A stretch of DNA of 64,000 nucleotides from an uncultured Clostridia bacterium (GTDB lineage Bacteria; Bacillota; Clostridia; Oscillospirales; Acutalibacteraceae), in the NCBI GenBank assembly GCA_937876205.1, contig CALEII010000052.1, forward strand, positions 381-64,380, written 5' to 3'. Shown here one piece after another: positions 1 to 9,724 of this stretch (position 1 is its first letter; every line of letters begins with the position of its first letter). The notes under the pieces were generated by a model. It saw only the letters and a program-made list of their open reading frames with translations, ran no database searches and had not been told where the DNA came from. The translations under genes were made by a program, and so were the position numbers.

Positions 1-1
1 T

Positions 2-1858
2 TTCGGTTACTTCGGCAAATACAAGTTTCACCTTATATTTGTTATGCTTTTTATCATTCTGAGTGCCATTGCAAGTGTGGCTTCTTCACTCTTTCTTGAA
101 ACTCTGATTGATGATTACATAAAACCGATGCTTCTTCCCGGCTCATCAGTCGGCTTCACAGACCTTTTTGTTGCTCTTTGCAAAATCGGCTGTCTGTATG
201 TCTGCGGTGCTCTTGCAGGTCTGCTTTATAACAGAATTATGGCAAATGTTTCGCAGGGTATTCTCAAGAAAATCCGTGACAGAATGTTTGCCCATATGCA
301 GACTCTTCCCGTAAAATATTTTGACTCACACAACTTCGGTGACACAATGAGCTTCTACACAAATGATACGGATGCTCTCAGACAGATGATTTCACAGTCT
401 GTTCCGCAGGCTATGTCATCCATTGTAACTATTGTTTCAATCTTTTTTTCAATGCTGCGTCAGAGTGTTTATCTTACACTTTTTGTTATTGTATTCCTTT
501 TTGTGATAACAAGAATTATCGGCTTTATCGGCAAGAAAAGCGGTACATATTTCGGCAGACAGCAGCATTCTGTCGCTTCTGTCAACAGTTATATTGAAGA
601 AATGATAAACGGTCAGAAGGTTGTCAAGGTTTTCTGCCACGAGGATGAAAACAAGAAAGAATTCGACAAACGCAACGAAGAGCTGTGCTACAATATGACA
701 ACTGCGAATACCTACGGTAATATAGTCGGTCCCATAATGAACAATATGGGTTACATTCTTTATGTTGCACTTGCAATTCTCGGCGGTATACTTGCAATTA
801 AGGGTGTCACAAATCTTACTCTGTTTGGTTTTGAGGATGAGCCGATAACACTCGGTGCAATAGCATCATTCCTTACAATGTCAAGAAATTTTGTAATGCC
901 CATATCGCACATTTCTCAGCAGATAAATGCAATAGCAATGGCTATGGCAGGTGCAGAAAGAATTTTCAGCCTGCTTGATGAGGAATCCGAAGCAGATAAC
1001 GGATATGTCACACTTGTCAATGCAAAGACTGACAACAACGGGAATATAACCGAAAGTGAAGACCGGACAGGTGAGTGGGCGTGGAAGCATCCTCACAGTG
1101 ACGGCTCAGTTACCTACACACCGCTTAAGGGAGATATCGTGCTTGACGATGTTGATTTTTCCTATGTCGAGGGTAAAACAGTTCTTCACAATGTTTCACT
1201 TTATGCCCAGCCCGGTCAGAAGGTTGCATTTGTCGGTGCGACAGGTGCAGGTAAAACCACAATCACAAACCTTATTAACAGATTTTATGACATTGCTGAC
1301 GGCAAAATCCGTTATGACGGCATAAATATCAATAAAATCAGAAAAGCTGACCTCCGACGCTCAATGGGTATCGTTCTTCAGGATGTAAACCTGTTTACGG
1401 GTACGGTTATGGATAATATCCGTTACGGTAAGCTTGATGCAACCGATGAAGAATGCATTGCAGCTGCAAAGCTCGCAAATGCAGACGGCTTTATAAGAAT
1501 GCTTCCAGACGGATATAATACTGTACTTGAAGGTGACGGCAGCGGACTTTCTCAGGGACAGAGACAGCTTATTTCCATTGCCCGTGCCGCTGTTGCAGAC
1601 CCTCCCGTAATGATTCTTGATGAAGCAACATCTTCAATTGATACAAGAACTGAAGCAATTGTTCAGCGTGGAATGGATGCTCTTATGCACGGCAGAACGG
1701 TATTTGTTATCGCTCACAGACTTTCAACCGTCAAGAACTCAGATGTTATTATGGTGCTTGAAAACGGCAGAATAATAGAGCGTGGCAGTCACGATAAGCT
1801 TATTGCAGAAAAAGGTAAGTATTATCAGCTTTACACAGGTGCATTTGAACTTGACTGA
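2..1858 (+). CDS. ABC exporter half-transporter (fused TMD-NBD, MsbA/MdlB-like); 5' end outside window
   Basis: The frame is open from nt 2, with no stop before the ORF-track Met at 44. Walker A GATGAGKTT, signature LSQGQRQ, Walker B VMILDEATS, H-loop VIAHRLST. Confidence 0.9.
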   Translation, partial: FGYFGKYKFHLIFVMLFIILSAIASVASSLFLETLIDDYIKPMLLPGSSVGFTDLFVALCKIGCLYVCGALAGLLYNRIMANVSQGILKKIRDRMFAHMQTLPVKYFDSHNFGDTMSFYTNDTDALRQMISQSVPQAMSSIVTIVSIFFSMLRQSVYLTLFVIVFLFVITRIIGFIGKKSGTYFGRQQHSVASVNSYIEEMINGQKVVKVFCHEDENKKEFDKRNEELCYNMTTANTYGNIVGPIMNNMGYILYVALAILGGILAIKGVTNLTLFGFEDEPITLGAIASFLTMSRNFVMPISHISQQINAIAMAMAGAERIFSLLDEESEADNGYVTLVNAKTDNNGNITESEDRTGEWAWKHPHSDGSVTYTPLKGDIVLDDVDFSYVEGKTVLHNVSLYAQPGQKVAFVGATGAGKTTITNLINRFYDIADGKIRYDGININKIRKADLRRSMGIVLQDVNLFTGTVMDNIRYGKLDATDEECIAAAKLANADGFIRMLPDGYNTVLEGDGSGLSQGQRQLISIARAAVADPPVMILDEATSSIDTRTEAIVQRGMDALMHGRTVFVIAHRLSTVKNSDVIMVLENGRIIERGSHDKLIAEKGKYYQLYTGAFELD

Positions 1859-1945
1859 TTAAACACTTGAATAAACAGGAGCAATATGTTATAATATTTA
1901 CATTATGGCATATTGCTTTTAATTTTTTTGTTCGGAAGTGAAAAA

Positions 1946-3808
1946 ATGATAAGAATTTTTAAAATGCTGAAGCCTTATCGTGGCACACTTGTTCTCTCGA
2001 TATTCTTTTCGGCACTTTATGCAATACTTGAAATACTGCTCCCTGTTCTGACTAAGGAAATACTCAGTAAGGGTATTATTGCCAAGGATATGGGCAACAT
2101 CATCTACTACGGTGCAATTATGCTGGTGATGACTGTTGTCTGCGGTACAATGTCCTTGCTCAATACATATTTTTCAACAAAAACCTCTGTAAATTATGCC
2201 AACGGAATCAGAAACACTGTGTTTGAAAAGGTGTCTCATCTTTCACAGAGCGATGTTGACAGAATAGGCGTTTCATCAATGATGACCAGAACAACAAATG
2301 ATGTCCGTCAGGTGCACGATGTTGTCCTCAGTACACTCAAATCAATTCTGCCCATTCCCATTATGCTTGTGGGTGGCTTTTATATGGCATATAAGACAAA
2401 TAAAGAGCTTCTCAGACTCATATTTGTCGTTATTCCTTTTCTGCTTATACTCGTTGCGGTTCTGCTTATCATTATTTTACCTATGTTTTCAAAAGTACAG
2501 AAGCTTCTTGATAAGCTCAATTTTATCCTCAGAGGTAAAATAGGCGGAATAAGAGTAATCAGAGCCTTCAATAAATCAGAGTATGAAGATGAAAGATTTG
2601 ACGAAAGCAATGAAAAGCTCACAAAGCTGAGCCTTCGTGCCAACAGAATTCTTTCAACGCTGTTCCCGATTCTCACCGTGGCGCTGTATTCACTTATCTG
2701 CTACATTATGTATGTCAGCGTAATGAATGTTATGGATGAAAGTCTCACAAAACAGCAGATTCTTGAGACCATTCCCAATATGTATATGTTTATTACATAT
2801 TTCACTCTTATTATCGGTGCTCTCACATCTGTAGTTGCTATAATAGTGTCATTCCCGAGAGCCTCAGTTTCTGCAAAGCGTATAAACGAAATTCTTGATT
2901 CGGTGCCTGAGATAAATGAGCCCGAAAATCCTGTTTCACCGTTGCCTGAGAATAAAGGCATTGTTGAATTCAGAAATGTATCATTCAGATATAAACCTGT
3001 GGAAGAGGAGAGTAAGAAAAAAGGTCTTGCAAAGCTTCTGCAGAAGAAAGCAGATGCGAAAAAGAAAGAAAATGATGACAGCTCTGATGATAAAAAGAAA
3101 ACAGATACCGATGCAATCAGTGATATCAGTTTTATTTCCCGTCCCGGAGAAATGACGGCTATAATCGGTGTCACAGGCTGCGGTAAAAGCACGGTCGCAA
3201 ATCTTATCCCCAGACTTTATGATGTCACTGAGGGGCAGATTCTTGTAAACGGTGTTGATGTGCGTGAGTTGTCATTTGCGGAATTACATTCATCAATTGC
3301 ATATGTTCCCCAGCAGAGCTATCTGTTCAGCGGAACGGTAAGAGATAACATTCTTTTCGGCAATCCCGATGCCACTGACGATGAAATCTGGCGTGCAATT
3401 GAAATTGCTCAGGCAAAGACATTTGTCAGCAATATGACTGAAGGTATTGACAGCTTTGTTTCTCAGGCAGGCAAAAATTATTCAGGCGGTCAGAAACAGA
3501 GACTTGCCATTGCAAGAGCAATTGTAAAAAATGCAGAAATCTATATTTTTGACGACAGTTTTTCTGCTCTTGACCTTGCAACAGATGCAAGACTGCGTGC
3601 ATCGCTGAAGGAAAATCTGCCTGATGCAAATATAATTGTTATTGCTCAGCGTGTGGGCACTGTAATAAATGCAGACAGAATTATTGTAATGGATGAAGGT
3701 AAGGCTGTAGGCATCGGTACCCATGAGGAGCTTATGGAAGGTTGTGAAGTTTACAGAAGTATTGTAGCCTCACAGCTTTCAGAGGATGAACAGGAGGCGA
3801 CAGTATGA
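1946..3808 (+). CDS. ABC exporter half-transporter with degenerate nucleotide-binding site
   Basis: SD ggaagtga lies just upstream of ATG 1946; the ORF-track start at 1913 has none. Walker A GVTGCGKST and signature YSGGQKQR are present. Walker B is IYIFDDS (D replaces the catalytic E) and the H-loop is VIAQRVG (Q replaces H). Overlaps the next gene by ATGA. Confidence 0.88.
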   Translation: MIRIFKMLKPYRGTLVLSIFFSALYAILEILLPVLTKEILSKGIIAKDMGNIIYYGAIMLVMTVVCGTMSLLNTYFSTKTSVNYANGIRNTVFEKVSHLSQSDVDRIGVSSMMTRTTNDVRQVHDVVLSTLKSILPIPIMLVGGFYMAYKTNKELLRLIFVVIPFLLILVAVLLIIILPMFSKVQKLLDKLNFILRGKIGGIRVIRAFNKSEYEDERFDESNEKLTKLSLRANRILSTLFPILTVALYSLICYIMYVSVMNVMDESLTKQQILETIPNMYMFITYFTLIIGALTSVVAIIVSFPRASVSAKRINEILDSVPEINEPENPVSPLPENKGIVEFRNVSFRYKPVEEESKKKGLAKLLQKKADAKKKENDDSSDDKKKTDTDAISDISFISRPGEMTAIIGVTGCGKSTVANLIPRLYDVTEGQILVNGVDVRELSFAELHSSIAYVPQQSYLFSGTVRDNILFGNPDATDDEIWRAIEIAQAKTFVSNMTEGIDSFVSQAGKNYSGGQKQRLAIARAIVKNAEIYIFDDSFSALDLATDARLRASLKENLPDANIIVIAQRVGTVINADRIIVMDEGKAVGIGTHEELMEGCEVYRSIVASQLSEDEQEATV

Positions 3809-5739
3809 GCAGAAAAACAGTGAATACGGTTGTTCCTGAAGATGTAGAGAAGCTTGAAAGAAAGTATTCTTCATATAATCAGCAGAGTGACGACAAGAAG
3901 AATGTAAAAAATGCCAAGGGAACAACAATGAGGTTTTTTAGTCTGCTGAAGCCTTATTGGTTCGGCGTTACAATTGTGTGTATTGCGTCTGTTGTCAGCA
4001 CCATAGCCAATGTTGTGGCACCCGACTATATGGCAGATATTATTGACAATATTCAGTTTGCCATTGAGGATTTTGCAAATAACGGTACACCTATTGCTTT
4101 TGGCGAAATAACCGATACATCATCAATCATTTATCAGATAGTGTCACTGGGATTTGTTTATTTTATAGTCGGGCTTATGACCTTTGTTCAGCAGTTTGTC
4201 GGTGCTGGAGTTACGCAGAAGCTTGTGTTCAATTTAAGACAGCAGGTGAATGTGAAGCTCTCAAACCTTCCCCTGAGTTATTTTGACAAGAATACCAAGG
4301 GTGATATAATCAGTAAGGTTGTAAATGATATTGATAATGTCTCACAGAATCTGCAGAACAGCTTTCTTACAGTTCTCACAGGTGTGATTCAGGTAATAGG
4401 TGCTCTTTATATGATGTTGAAAACGGGAAATCTGCTTATGACTTTTGCGGCAATATTCCTCGTTCCCTTCAGCGGCACCATAGCCTATAAGCTTGCAAAG
4501 ATATCAAAAAAGTGGTTTTCAAGGTACTGGAGCTCAATGGGCGCTATGAACGGTCACGTTGAGGAGATGTATTCAGGTCATACGCTTGTCAGAATTTTTA
4601 ACCACGAAAAACAGTCAATAGATGAATTCAGACTCATCAACGATAATCTTAAGAAAAACAGCTTTGCAGCCAATATGGTTGCAGGTATTCTCAATCCCAT
4701 TCTGACCTTTGTCAAAAATGTGAACTATGTTTCTGTATGTATTATCGGTGGCTGCTATTATATGGGCAGATGGTTCAATACAGGCAGAATTATAACAAAT
4801 ACACTCGGTCTCGGTCAGATTGAAGCGTTTCTTTCTTATTCTTCACTGTTTTCTTCACCCATTACAAACATTTCCAAGATGATAAACGGTATCCAGTCAG
4901 CTCTTGCATCTGCAGAAAGAGTGTTTGACCTTCTTGACGAAGAGGAGCAGCCTGCAGACAATACCGAAAATGAGCCTGACGGGCTTTCAAGGGGCTGTGT
5001 TGAATTCAGGAATGTTTCTTTCAGATATAAAGAAGATACACCTCTTATAGAGGATTTCTCACTGTCTGCCACACCGGGCAATCTTGTTGCAATAGTCGGT
5101 CCGACAGGAGCAGGTAAAACAACAATTGTCAATCTTCTTATGCGTTTTTATGATATTCAGTCAGGTCAGATACTTCTTGACGGTACGGATATTATGACAA
5201 TGTCAAGAAATGCTCTCAGAGAAAACTTCGGTATGGTGCTTCAGGATACATGGCTGTTCAAGGGCACGATAAAAGAGAACATTATGTACGGCGTTGACAG
5301 CGCAACAGACGAGGAAATTGAGTCTGCCGCAAAGTCAGCAAATATTCACGATTACATAATGAGTCTTCCCAAAGGCTACGACACAGAGCTTACGGAAGAC
5401 GGTACAAACATTTCTCAGGGGCAGAGACAGCTCATCACAATTGCAAGAGCCTTGTTAAAAGACCCCAAGGTGCTCATTCTTGATGAAGCCACATCATCTG
5501 TTGACACACGAACAGAGTTGCTTATTCAGGACGCTATGGCAGAGCTTATGAAGGGCAGAACAAGCTTTGTAATTGCTCACAGATTGTCTACGATCAAGAA
5601 TGCAGATAATATAATTGTTATGCGACACGGCAGAATTGTGGAGCAGGGAACCCACAAGCAGCTTCTTGCTGATGACGGTTTCTATGCAAATCTTTATAAC
5701 AGTCAGTTTACAGGTGGTATTCCTGAGGATGTTGAGTGA
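3805..5739 (+). CDS. ABC exporter half-transporter, canonical NBD (partner of the preceding gene)
   Basis: SD aggagg lies 7 nt before ATG 3805. Walker A GPTGAGKTT, signature ISQGQRQ, Walker B LILDEATSS, H-loop VIAHRLST. An alternative internal start exists at 3928 (MRFFSLLKPYW). Confidence 0.88.
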   Translation: MSRKTVNTVVPEDVEKLERKYSSYNQQSDDKKNVKNAKGTTMRFFSLLKPYWFGVTIVCIASVVSTIANVVAPDYMADIIDNIQFAIEDFANNGTPIAFGEITDTSSIIYQIVSLGFVYFIVGLMTFVQQFVGAGVTQKLVFNLRQQVNVKLSNLPLSYFDKNTKGDIISKVVNDIDNVSQNLQNSFLTVLTGVIQVIGALYMMLKTGNLLMTFAAIFLVPFSGTIAYKLAKISKKWFSRYWSSMGAMNGHVEEMYSGHTLVRIFNHEKQSIDEFRLINDNLKKNSFAANMVAGILNPILTFVKNVNYVSVCIIGGCYYMGRWFNTGRIITNTLGLGQIEAFLSYSSLFSSPITNISKMINGIQSALASAERVFDLLDEEEQPADNTENEPDGLSRGCVEFRNVSFRYKEDTPLIEDFSLSATPGNLVAIVGPTGAGKTTIVNLLMRFYDIQSGQILLDGTDIMTMSRNALRENFGMVLQDTWLFKGTIKENIMYGVDSATDEEIESAAKSANIHDYIMSLPKGYDTELTEDGTNISQGQRQLITIARALLKDPKVLILDEATSSVDTRTELLIQDAMAELMKGRTSFVIAHRLSTIKNADNIIVMRHGRIVEQGTHKQLLADDGFYANLYNSQFTGGIPEDVE

Positions 5740-5741
5740 GT

Positions 5742-6584
5742 ATGAAACTGATATTTAAAGGCAGCTTTGACGGAAATGAAAGCTCACTTCCCGTAAAAGA
5801 ACATGAAAAAGGTGCGGTTAGGGTGACGGAAATAATCCGAACCAGCCTAAAAACGGCTATTTTTAAGTCTTTTCGGCATTTCGGATTTGAAAGGCGATAG
5901 CCTTCCTTCATCCTCAATACCAAAAATCCAATAAAAATCTCTCGTTTTAAGGTCGAAGATTTTTTACAGTGCGGATTTTTGGCAAGACAAGGCAAAAACG
6001 CAGCAAATCCTTGACGGATTTGCGAGTATTTTAACGAAGTATTGACGGAAATCAGCCTGTAAAAAACGGATTCGTTTTATTCCCGTCACCCTAAATTCAA
6101 AGAATTTGATTCAATGAAAAAGCTTGCAGTATTTGCAAATATTCTTGCTCTTGTGATTTCGGTTATCTGTTTTGCGGTGCTGATTATAAGAGGCAGTATT
6201 TTTGCGCTGAACTTTTTCGGCTTTATTGCGGCAATGGTGACATTATTCCCGCACGAATTACTTCATGCAGTCTGCTTCAGAGAGACTGTTTATATGTACA
6301 CGAATCTTAAACAGGGAATGATGTTTGTCACAGGTCTCGAAAATATGAGTAAAGCAAGATTTGTTTTTATGTCACTGCTTCCGAATCTTGTTTTTGGCTT
6401 TATTCCGTTTGCTATTTTTCTCATTTTTCCGTCAATGACATTTCTGGGCACACTCGGTGCTTTTTCAATTGGTGCGGGAGCAGGGGATTATTACAATGTT
6501 TTCAATTGTCTGACACAGGTTCCCAAAGGCGGAAAGGTATATATGCACGGGATGAATACATATTGGTTTATGCCCGAAGAATAG
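5742..6584 (+). pseudogene. DUF3267-like putative membrane zincin peptidase (HELLH motif), reading frame interrupted by a 271-bp insertion
   Basis: ATG 5742 opens MKLIFKGSFDGNESSLPVKEHEKGAV, which runs into the insertion at 5821. Removing 5821-6093 joins it in frame to KFKEFDS and then to the 156-aa ORF at 6114-6584 (multi-TM, HELLHAVCF). The 3' ORF may still be expressed from Met 6114, but it has no clear SD. Confidence 0.7.
5821..6091. mobile_element. MITE-like non-autonomous element with terminal inverted repeats and a TA target-site duplication
   Basis: The left end is GGGTGACGGAAATAA. The reverse complement of the right end is GGGTGACGGGAATAA (14/15 match; 19/24 over a longer span). It is flanked by TA at 5819-5820 and 6092-6093. 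No transposase-sized ORF lies inside. Confidence 0.7.
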
Positions 6585-6594
6585 GAGAATATGA

Positions 6595-7068
6595 ATGTCT
6601 ATTGAAAGAGTAAGAGACTATTTCAGAGGTCTCGGAATTGACGACAAAATACTTGAGTTTGATGTATCAAGTGCAACAGTTGAGCTTGCTGCTCAGGCTC
6701 TCGGCTGTGAGGGTAAGAGAATTGCAAAAACTCTGTCTTTTCACGTTGACGGAAAGGTCGTTCTTGTCGTTGCTGCAGGTGATGCTAAAATCGACAATCC
6801 GAAGTATAAGGGTGAATTTCACGCAAAGGCAAAAATGCTGTCATACGATGAGGCAGAGACTCTTATAGGGCACGCTGTCGGTGGTGTATGTCCCTTTGCT
6901 GTCAACGAAAATGTTGAAGTTTATCTTGATGATTCACTCAGAAGATTTGAGACGGTTTTTCCGGCTTGCGGCAGCTCAAACAGTGCAATTGAACTGACAA
7001 TCCCCGAGCTTGAAAAGTATTCAACCAACTTTGTTAAATGGGTTGATGTTTGTAAACTTCCTGAATAA
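6595..7068 (+). CDS. YbaK/EbsC-family aminoacyl-tRNA deacylase (prolyl-tRNA editing domain protein)
   Basis: 157 aa. The HAVGGVCPF motif and overall size are typical of the YbaK/ProX editing domain. SD aggaga lies upstream. Confidence 0.75.
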   Translation: MSIERVRDYFRGLGIDDKILEFDVSSATVELAAQALGCEGKRIAKTLSFHVDGKVVLVVAAGDAKIDNPKYKGEFHAKAKMLSYDEAETLIGHAVGGVCPFAVNENVEVYLDDSLRRFETVFPACGSSNSAIELTIPELEKYSTNFVKWVDVCKLPE

Positions 7069-7105
7069 CAGAACAAGCAGCCATCATCTGATGACTGCTT
7101 GATTT

Positions 7106-8527
7106 TTATTTATAGAGCCGTATACTTTTTATTATCGGGTTTGAACGGGATTGAGTGATTACAATATCGACTTCATCAGCATCTATACCTTTGTGAAAAT
7201 TGAGAATTCTGCAAGCGCCGATACAGGTGCCGTCCTTGATATGCTTCCCGTCTGCAAAAACGGAAAATGACTCAACTCTCTGAGAATATTTTATATCTTC
7301 TTCAATCACAAGAGTTCTGAATTTTCCGTTCGGTCTGAGCCTGATTCCGGCTTCATTTGCCTGCATCATAAAGCTGTCTGTACCGGGCACACATTCCTCG
7401 CCGTCTGTATAAACAAGTGACAAATCATAGGGCATATTCTCTTTAAATACTTCATCAATGATTTTTGTGAATTCCTTGAGCGTTTTTATCTCACGTGGAT
7501 TTATAAGCCCGTTTTTATCGGGTGGAACATTAAGAAGAAGAGAGGCGTTACCGCCGACTGTTTTTAGATATATGTCAGCAAGCTCTTTTGCAGTTCTGCT
7601 TACGGACTGTTTTCTTTCTGCATAGAATTCTTCACTTTGCCAGAACCAGCCGTAATTGATTGAAACATCTGCCTCAGCAGGACACCACACAAGGTCTGCC
7701 ATATTGCTGAGCTTTTCACGGCTGCCCAGGTCCTCATCCATTCTGTCAAAATTCGTTATTGCCGCACCGTCTGTCTGCTGTGAGTTCTTTGCAACATCGT
7801 CAAGTGTTTCCTGAGTCCAGGGGATGACACTCCATTCAGCCTTGCGTGTTTTTCCGGCTTCATTGCCTATCCATCTCACATCAGGCCCACAGTTGGCGAT
7901 AATCGCCTGAGGCTGAAGATCTCTGATTGCTTTGTAATATCTGTTCCAGTCGTAGCATTGCTTTTTGCCGTTAGGGCCTTCACCGCAGGCACCGTCAAAC
8001 CAGAAACAGAATATTTCCCCGTAATTTGTGCAAAGCTCTGTGAGCTGATTGACAAAATAGTCATTATATTCATCTGAACCGTAGGTTTTTTCGTGTCTGT
8101 CCCAGGGCGAAAGATAAAGTCCGAGCTTCATACCGTGTTTTTTGCAGCTTTTGGCAAGCTCTTTCACGATATCCTTGCCGTAAGGACTGTTCATTACACT
8201 GTGGTCTGTATGTGCCGTGTCAAAAAGGCAGAAACCGTCGTGATGCTTTGCAGTGAATATGATACCTTTAGAGCCGGTATTTTTTAGAATTCTGCACCAT
8301 TGGTCGGTGTCTAGCTGACGGGGATTGAAGACTTTCGGGTTTTCTGTTCCGTCTCCCCATTCTCTGCCTGTGAATGTGTTAATACCGAAATGAATGAAAT
8401 TGTAGTATTTCATTTCGTTGAATGCAAGCTGTCTTTCTGAGGGACGCACAGCAATATATCTTTTTATTTCATCGTTTATGAGCGGTACACCGCCGTTGTC
8501 GGTACACCATGCGTGACGGATTTTCAT
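7106..8527 (-). CDS. alpha-L-fucosidase, GH29
   Basis: FIHFGINTF and FTAKHHDGFCLFDT motifs are characteristic of GH29. SD agagg precedes the ATG at 8527. Confidence 0.88.
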   Translation of the reverse strand: MKIRHAWCTDNGGVPLINDEIKRYIAVRPSERQLAFNEMKYYNFIHFGINTFTGREWGDGTENPKVFNPRQLDTDQWCRILKNTGSKGIIFTAKHHDGFCLFDTAHTDHSVMNSPYGKDIVKELAKSCKKHGMKLGLYLSPWDRHEKTYGSDEYNDYFVNQLTELCTNYGEIFCFWFDGACGEGPNGKKQCYDWNRYYKAIRDLQPQAIIANCGPDVRWIGNEAGKTRKAEWSVIPWTQETLDDVAKNSQQTDGAAITNFDRMDEDLGSREKLSNMADLVWCPAEADVSINYGWFWQSEEFYAERKQSVSRTAKELADIYLKTVGGNASLLLNVPPDKNGLINPREIKTLKEFTKIIDEVFKENMPYDLSLVYTDGEECVPGTDSFMMQANEAGIRLRPNGKFRTLVIEEDIKYSQRVESFSVFADGKHIKDGTCIGACRILNFHKGIDADEVDIVITQSRSNPIIKSIRLYK

Positions 8528-8631
8528 ATTTCAACCTCTTGTGTTTTTCTTACATTATACAATCCAGAAAATAATATTTCAATAGTAAAAATAAATCGGA
8601 GCTGCCTCAGAGAAAGAGACAACTCCTTGTT

Positions 8632-9144
8632 TTATTTTGCAAATTTTTCAGCTTTGCTCAGAATTGTAATGAACGGACAAATCAGAAGCCCGCATATGAA
8701 ATTGCTGATTCCGTGCGTGATGTCAAAGGGGATTCCTGCAATAATCCACGAGATCATTCCTTTGAAATCAAGTCCGAAAAGCAGAGCCTGAGCAGGAGCA
8801 TAAAGAGTGCCGTATAAAAATCCGTGCAGTGCACAAACCGTCATATATATAACGGGTTTTGTTTTGTCGGGAAGTTTTTTCGGTATGAGCATTGTCATTC
8901 CCCACAGAACAGCCCATATGTATAGATAGGGAATCCACCATGTTGCGAATCCGTTCATAAGTCCCGTGAGAAAAACAAAAATATATAACGGATAAAGAGC
9001 TTTTTTTCTGTATACGACAGTCATTGAAACAATAAATGTATCGATAAGATGAATATTTGGCAGTACATCCATCAGAACCTTTGACGCATACATCAGCGCT
9101 CCGAGCATACCGAAAACGGCAATGTCTTTTACCTTAAGCTTCAT
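8632..9144 (-). CDS. ECF transporter S-component (substrate-capture subunit), probably cobalamin-related
   Basis: 170-aa polytopic membrane protein of S-component size and pattern. Its start overlaps the stop of the upstream DUF4430 gene (TAATG). The pair is led by a cobalamin riboswitch. Confidence 0.65.
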   Translation of the reverse strand: MKLKVKDIAVFGMLGALMYASKVLMDVLPNIHLIDTFIVSMTVVYRKKALYPLYIFVFLTGLMNGFATWWIPYLYIWAVLWGMTMLIPKKLPDKTKPVIYMTVCALHGFLYGTLYAPAQALLFGLDFKGMISWIIAGIPFDITHGISNFICGLLICPFITILSKAEKFAK

Positions 9145-9632
9145 TATTCAGCTCTGAATTCGTATGAGCTGCCTGCTGCGATTTCAGTCTGATCAACACC
9201 TGTTGAGCCGTAAGCACCGTCAACATAGAATGCCCAGTACTTGCCGTCTGTGGCATAGTCAAGTGTTTCACCGTCAACAGTCTTTACATAAAGACCGTAA
9301 GGCCCCTCATCACCTGTAATGATGTTGTTGTCAAGCAGAGCTTCGCCGACAGTTGTTTTGTCTGTGCTGACATTGTAGACCTTCTGTGTGCCGTCAAGAT
9401 GTGTTACGGTAAATGTGAAGCTTGTTTTTCCTTCACCCACATTCAGGGCGTCTGCTTGTGAATCTGCTTCATCCTTTACAGCTGCATCCTGTGTCTGTGA
9501 TGAAATCTCAGAGGGATTTTCATCGGGTGTTTCCTTGTTGTCGCTGCAACCTGTTGTAAACAGTGCCATAACCGCAATAAGCACAATACAAAGGAAGAAC
9601 GACAAACTTTTTTTAATGTTTGTCATTTTCAT
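9144..9632 (-). CDS. DUF4430 (transcobalamin-like) lipoprotein
   Basis: The start was moved to ATG 9632 (SD aaaggaga). The signal peptide carries a lipobox LFTTGC. The C-terminal GPYGLYVKTVDG...YWAFYVDG pattern is typical of DUF4430. The ORF-track N-terminal extension instead covers the riboswitch. Confidence 0.75.
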   Translation of the reverse strand: MKMTNIKKSLSFFLCIVLIAVMALFTTGCSDNKETPDENPSEISSQTQDAAVKDEADSQADALNVGEGKTSFTFTVTHLDGTQKVYNVSTDKTTVGEALLDNNIITGDEGPYGLYVKTVDGETLDYATDGKYWAFYVDGAYGSTGVDQTEIAAGSSYEFRAE

Positions 9633-9724
9633 TGTCTTTTTCTCCTTTGAAAAAATATAATGTGTCTTCTTTTTTACTGGCACTCGCAGTACTGTAAGAA
9701 GCAATTGCCTGAAAAATATTTCGA

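Noticed and set aside
449-5132. Numerous antisense or out-of-frame ORFs in the track that lie inside larger genes. Examples: 449-640, 881-1096, 2380-2676, 2701-3192, 3426-3724 and 4836-5132. The same pattern recurs throughout the window, for example 48687-49157, 49953-50348 and 53878-54339.
   Set aside because: Each lies wholly within a longer ORF that has clear family motifs and SD signals. They have no SD of their own and their composition is low-complexity or biased, as is typical of shadow frames.
5708-5995. A 95-aa minus-strand ORF lying mostly inside the 271-bp TIR element, considered as a possible transposase.
   Set aside because: It is far too short for any transposase and has no DDE or HUH-like motifs and no SD. 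It also extends beyond the element's left end into the ABC gene.
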